Position numbers and translations under genes: made by a program. Positions 55,327 through 64,000 of a stretch of DNA of 64,000 bases are shown piece after piece (position 1 is the first letter of the stretch; every line of letters starts with the position of its first letter). The stretch is taken from assembly GCF_009914755.1 (NCBI RefSeq), contig NC_060929.1; one strand, written 5' to 3'. Origin of the DNA: the human T2T-CHM13v2.0 reference genome, Homo sapiens. The notes beneath the pieces are model-generated. The model saw nothing but the letters and a program-made list of their open reading frames with translations. It was not told where the DNA came from and ran no database searches.

Positions 55327-56127
55327 CATGTCTCCTCAACTAACCTCTTTTTTTTCTCTTGGGCATGCACTCTCTACAGGAAGCAGGTATTTTCTCCCCA
55401 CTGCTCCTAAATGTCCTAAGTTTCAGTTAGCACGGGTTTCAGTTAGGAGGCCCACTGAACCCTTAAGCTAAGATGTATCCTCCACTCTAATCTTAGCAAT
55501 TGTGACATTTTGACCTCCATGTCCTTACTCTTTATTTTTCTCAGTTTGCTCAGGGTCCAGACAGGAAAGGGTTTCTATTTTTTAGCCTATTTTGAAAGTC
55601 CCAAAGGCAAGATATGGGGACCTTCAAAAACCTAAAAATGGGTTCACCCCTTTACTCAGATATTCTGAGTCTAAGAATTTATATTTTAAAAAAAGGGGAG
55701 GGGATCTGGCAAAATGGCCAAATAGGAACAGCTCTGATCTGCAGCTCCCAGCGAGACCAATGCAGAAGGTGGGTGATTTCTGAATTTCACTTGAGGTACC
55801 CAGTTCATCTCATTGGGACTGGTTAGACAATGGATGCAGCCCACTGAAGGCAAGCAGAAGCAGGGTGAGGCGTTGCCCCACCAGGGAAGTACAAGGGGTC
55901 AGGGAACTCCTTCCCCTAGCCAAGGGAAGCCGTGAGGGACTGTGCCATGAAGGACAGTGCTATTGGGCCCAGATACTATGCCTTTCCCATGTTTTTTGCA
56001 ACCCACAGACCAGGAGATTCCATCAGATGCCTACACCACCAGGGCCCTGGGTTTCAAGCACAAAACTGGGCAGCTGTTTGGTCAGACACTGAGCTAGGTA
56101 GGAGTGTTTTTTTTTTGTTTTGTTTTG

Positions 56128-56158
<31 letters not shown>

Positions 56159-57094
56159 TTTGTACCCCAGTGGTGCCTGGAACCCCAGCGAGACAGAACC
56201 ATTCACTATCCTGGAAAGGGGACTGAAGCCAGGGAGCCAAGTGGTCTTGCTCAGCGGGTCTCCCCGCAACAGAGCCCAGCAAGCTAAGATCCACTAGCTT
56301 GAAGTTCTCACTGCCAGCATAGCAGTCAGAAGTCAACCAGGGACACTCAAGCTTGGTGGGGGGAGGGATGTCCACCATTACTGAAGCTTGAGTAGGCGAT
56401 TTTCCCTGCACAGTGTAAACAAAGCCACCGGGAAGTTCATACTGGGCAAAACCTACCACAGTGTGGCAAAGCGACTGTAGTCAGACTGCCTCTCTAGATT
56501 CCTCCTCTCTGGGCAGGGCATCTAGGAAAGAAAGGCAGCAGTTGCAGTCAGAGGCTTATAGATAAAACTCCCAACTCCCAGGGACAGAGCACCTGGGGAA
56601 ACGGGCGGCTGTGGCTACAGCTTCAGCAGACTTAAATGTTCCTGCCTGCCAGCTCTGAAGAGAGCAGCAGATCTCCCAGCACAGTGATAGAGCTCTGCTA
56701 AGGGACAGACTGCCACCTCAAGTGGGTCTCTGACCCCTGTGCCTCCTGACTGGGAGTCACTGCCCAGGAGGGGTCAACAAACACCTCATACGGGAGAGCT
56801 CCAGCTGGCATCTGGAGGGTGACCCCCTGGGGTGAAGCTTCTAGAGGAAGGTGCAGGCTGCAAACTTTGCTGTTCTGCAGCCTCCACTGGTGATACCCAG
56901 GCAAACAGAGTCTGGCATGGACATGCATCAAGCTCCAGCAGACCTGCAGAAGAGGGGCCTGACTCTCAGAAAAAAAAAAAAAAAAAAAAAAAAACAGAAA
57001 GCAATAACATCAACATCAACAAAAAGGATGCAATGCAATAACCCCATCCAAAGGTCATCAGCATCAAAGACCAAAGGTAGATAAATCCACAAAG

Positions 57095-58142
57095 ATGAGG
57101 AAAAACTAGTGCAATAATGTTGAAAATTCCAAAAACCAGAATGCATCTTCTCCTCCAAAGGATCACAACTCCTCACCAGCAAGTGAACAAAACTGGACAG
57201 AGAATGAGTTTGATGAACTGACAGAAGTAGACTTCAGGGGTAATAACAATTTCCTCCAAGCTAAAGGAGCATGTTCTAACCCAATGCAAGGAAGCTAAGA
57301 ACCTTGATAAAAGGTTACAAGAACTGCTAACTAGCATAACCAGTTTAGAGAAGAACATAAATTACCTGATGGAGTTGAAAAACACAGCATGAGAACTTTG
57401 TGAAGCATACATGAAGCATACACAAGTATCAATAGCTGAATCAATCAAGTGGAAGAAATGATATCAGAAACTGAAGATCAACATAATGAAATAGAGTGTG
57501 AACACAAGATTAGAGGAAAAAAAGAATGAAAAGGAATTAACAAAGCCTCCAAGGAATATTGACTATGTGAAAAGACCAAACCTATGATTTATTGGTGTAC
57601 CTGAAAGTGATGGGGAGAATTGAACCAAGTTGGAAAAGACATTTCACGATATTATACAGGAGAACTTCCCCAACCTAGCAAGACAGGCCAACATTCAAAT
57701 TCAGGAAATACAGAGAACACCACTAAGATATTCCTTGAGAAGAGCAACCCCAAGACACGTAACTGTCAGATTCACCAAGATTGAAATGAAGGAAAAAATG
57801 TTAACAGTATCCCGAGAGAAAGGTCCAATTATCCACAAAGGGAAGCCCATTAGACTAACAGCAGATATCTCTGCAGAAACCCTGCAAGCTAGAAGTGAGT
57901 GGGGGCCAATATTCAACATTCTTAAAGAAAAGAATTTTCAACCCAGAATTTCACATCCAGCCAAACTAAGCTTCATAAGAGAAGGAGAAATAAAATCCTT
58001 TACAGACAAGCAAATGCTGAGGGATTTTGTCACCACCAGGTTTGCCTTACAAGAGCTCCTGAATGAATAACTAAATATGGAAAAAAAAAAAAAAAGAAAA
58101 AACAACTGGTACCAGCCACTGCAAAAACATAACAAAATGTAA
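57095..58142 (+). pseudogene. L1 ORF1p, disrupted
   Basis: Peptide IIQENFPNLARQANIQIQEIQRTP...FTDKQMLRDFVTTR; stops and frameshifts, including an 11-bp tandem duplication near 57401-57422. Confidence 0.9.
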
Positions 58143-58205
58143 AGACCATCGAAACTATGAAGAAATTGCATCAACCAATGTGTAAAATAACCAGCTAGCA
58201 TCATG

Positions 58206-62022
<3,817 letters not shown>

Positions 62023-62253
62023 ACAATGAGAACACTTCGGTATAGGGAGAGGAACATCACACACTGGGGACTGTTGGGGAGTGTGGAGCAAGGAAAGGAA
62101 TAGCATTAGGAGAAATACCTATTGTAGATGACAGGTTGATGGGTGCAGCAAACCACCATGGCACCTGTATACTATGTAACAAACCTGCACGTTCTGCACA
62201 TGTATCCCAGAACTTAAAGTATAATAAAAAATAAATAAATAAATAAACAAACA

Positions 62254-62509
62254 GTCCAGGTGCAGCGACTCACGCCTATAATCCCATCACTTTGGGAGGC
62301 CTAGGCGGGTGGATCACCAGAGGTCAGGAGTTTGAGGCCGGCCTGACCAACATAGTCAAACTCCGTCTCTACTAAAAACACAAAATTAACTGAGCTTGGT
62401 GACGCATGCCTGTAATCCCAGCTACTTGAGAGGCTGAGGCAGGAGAACTGCTGGAACCTGAGAGTCAGAGATTGTAGTGAGCTGACATCATGCCATTGCA
62501 CTCCAGCCT
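62254..62509 (+). mobile_element. AluS in the L1 tail, 3'-truncated (no poly(A))
   Basis: Alu sequence stops at cactccagcct. Confidence 0.92.
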
Positions 62510-62749
62510 CCAGGTGTCCCTCACTATTAAAGATTTTAAAATACAATTAGAAATTAAAAATCCAATAAGTGGAGATTATAGTATTTCCAAGTGATGAAAT
62601 GGGATACAATCCTGCCAAATCATTTTTTCCCAAGAATATTTAATGGTGTTGGGAAATTCTTAGGGAACAATGATAACTGAAAAAAAAATGACTCAAATAA
62701 TGTAAATACACACACACATAGACCCAAATAAAAAAGACATTTTAGATGT

Positions 62750-63057
<308 letters not shown>

Positions 63058-63162
63058 TTTTAAAATTTAATTTAATTTTACATTCCAGGATATATGTGCA
63101 GGATGTGTGGGTTTGTTACATAGGCAAATATGTGCCATTGTGGTTTGCTGCACTTATCAATC
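63058..63162 (-). mobile_element. Short L1PA7/8-type 3' end
   Basis: ccaggatatatgtgcaggatgtg...gtttgttacatagg...gtggtttgctgcac. Confidence 0.8.
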
Positions 63163-63764
63163 TTAATCTAGGAACAAATTAGCTTATTCCTTTTTTTGCA
63201 ACAGAGAAATCCTGGAGAGGACAACTATTATGGCCATTGGAATATGTCTTATTCCAAAAGTGTTGGGAAAATGGCACTATACTGGGAGGGGAGGGGTAAG
63301 AAGGGTTGACTCCTGGTTCTGTTTCCTCCTACTGTTCTTGCCTCTGTCTCAGTCCTTTCCTCTGTCTCAGCTTCCATGGCTGTAAAAGATTGGACTTGGA
63401 ATCAATGATCTCTAAGGACCTTTCCCACTCCAATATGTTAGAATTTCACGATCTCATCATTATAAATTTTGTGCCCAGGCATTCTAGCTAATTGGACTGG
63501 AAGGCTCACAATTCTTCAGTGAATTTGAACTCTGTGAAGTTATCTAGTTAAGTCACTGGAATACCCAAATAGATTCCGTGGTACAGTAATTACTTCTTAT
63601 AAAACTTTTTCAAGTTAACAAGATGATCTTGAGAAATCATACATAACTTCATACATCTTTTATTTCTTTTGCCCTAATATTTTTCATACACCTCCTTCTG
63701 AAAATAGAGGAAATACAGTATGTTGGTCTTTAAAACAAAAAATAAAACACATCATCTTTTATTT

Positions 63765-64000
63765 TTTACTTTTTTGTTTGTTTTATAAAATTTTTTAAAT
63801 TTAATTTTATTATTATTATACTTGAAGTTTTAGGGTATATGTGCACAATGTGCAGGTTAGTTACATATGTATACATGTGCCATGCTGGTGTGCTGCACCC
63901 ATTAACTCGTCATTTAGCATTAGGTATATCTCCTAATGCTATCCCTCCCCCCTCCCCCCACCCCACAACAGTCCCCAGAGTGTGATGTTCCCCTTCCTGT
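63765..64000 (-). mobile_element. Young L1PA2/PA3 3' end, continuing beyond the window
   Basis: catgctggtgtgctgcacccattaactcgtcatttagcattagg...acaacagtccccagagtgtgatgttcccc. Confidence 0.9.

Overview
AT-rich, repeat-dense primate genomic DNA, most likely human given an AluYk-like element and L1PA2/3-type ends; it looks like intronic or intergenic sequence. I recognise no host protein-coding gene, RNA gene or CRISPR array. The longer ORFs in the track come from LINE-1 ORF1/ORF2, Alu antisense or LTR sequence. Main elements: a twin-primed, 5'-inverted L1PA4 with a perfect TSD (0.5-2.7 kb); an L1PB1 joined to an older L1M, forming a nested block (17.8-27.5 kb); a full-length but dead L1PA7-like element (55.7-62.2 kb); about 14 Alus; MST/THE1/MER21/LTR16/LTR33 LTRs; MER5/MER44/MER63/MER112 DNA transposons; and many MIR/L2 relics. 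Signals that the repeat annotation does not explain: (i) a cluster of local templated duplications, inverted and direct, at 29.3-36.1 kb, including a jump-forward/jump-back template-switch scar; (ii) a ~370-bp patchwork of RNA 3' ends at 23.1-23.5 kb containing a likely L1 3' transduction; (iii) a frame-preserving candidate exon using an LTR33-derived acceptor; (iv) a PBX/MEIS/HOX motif cluster in unique DNA. The sequence alone does not support a new biological system. Subfamily calls come from recalled consensus sequences, and boundaries of old repeats are approximate.
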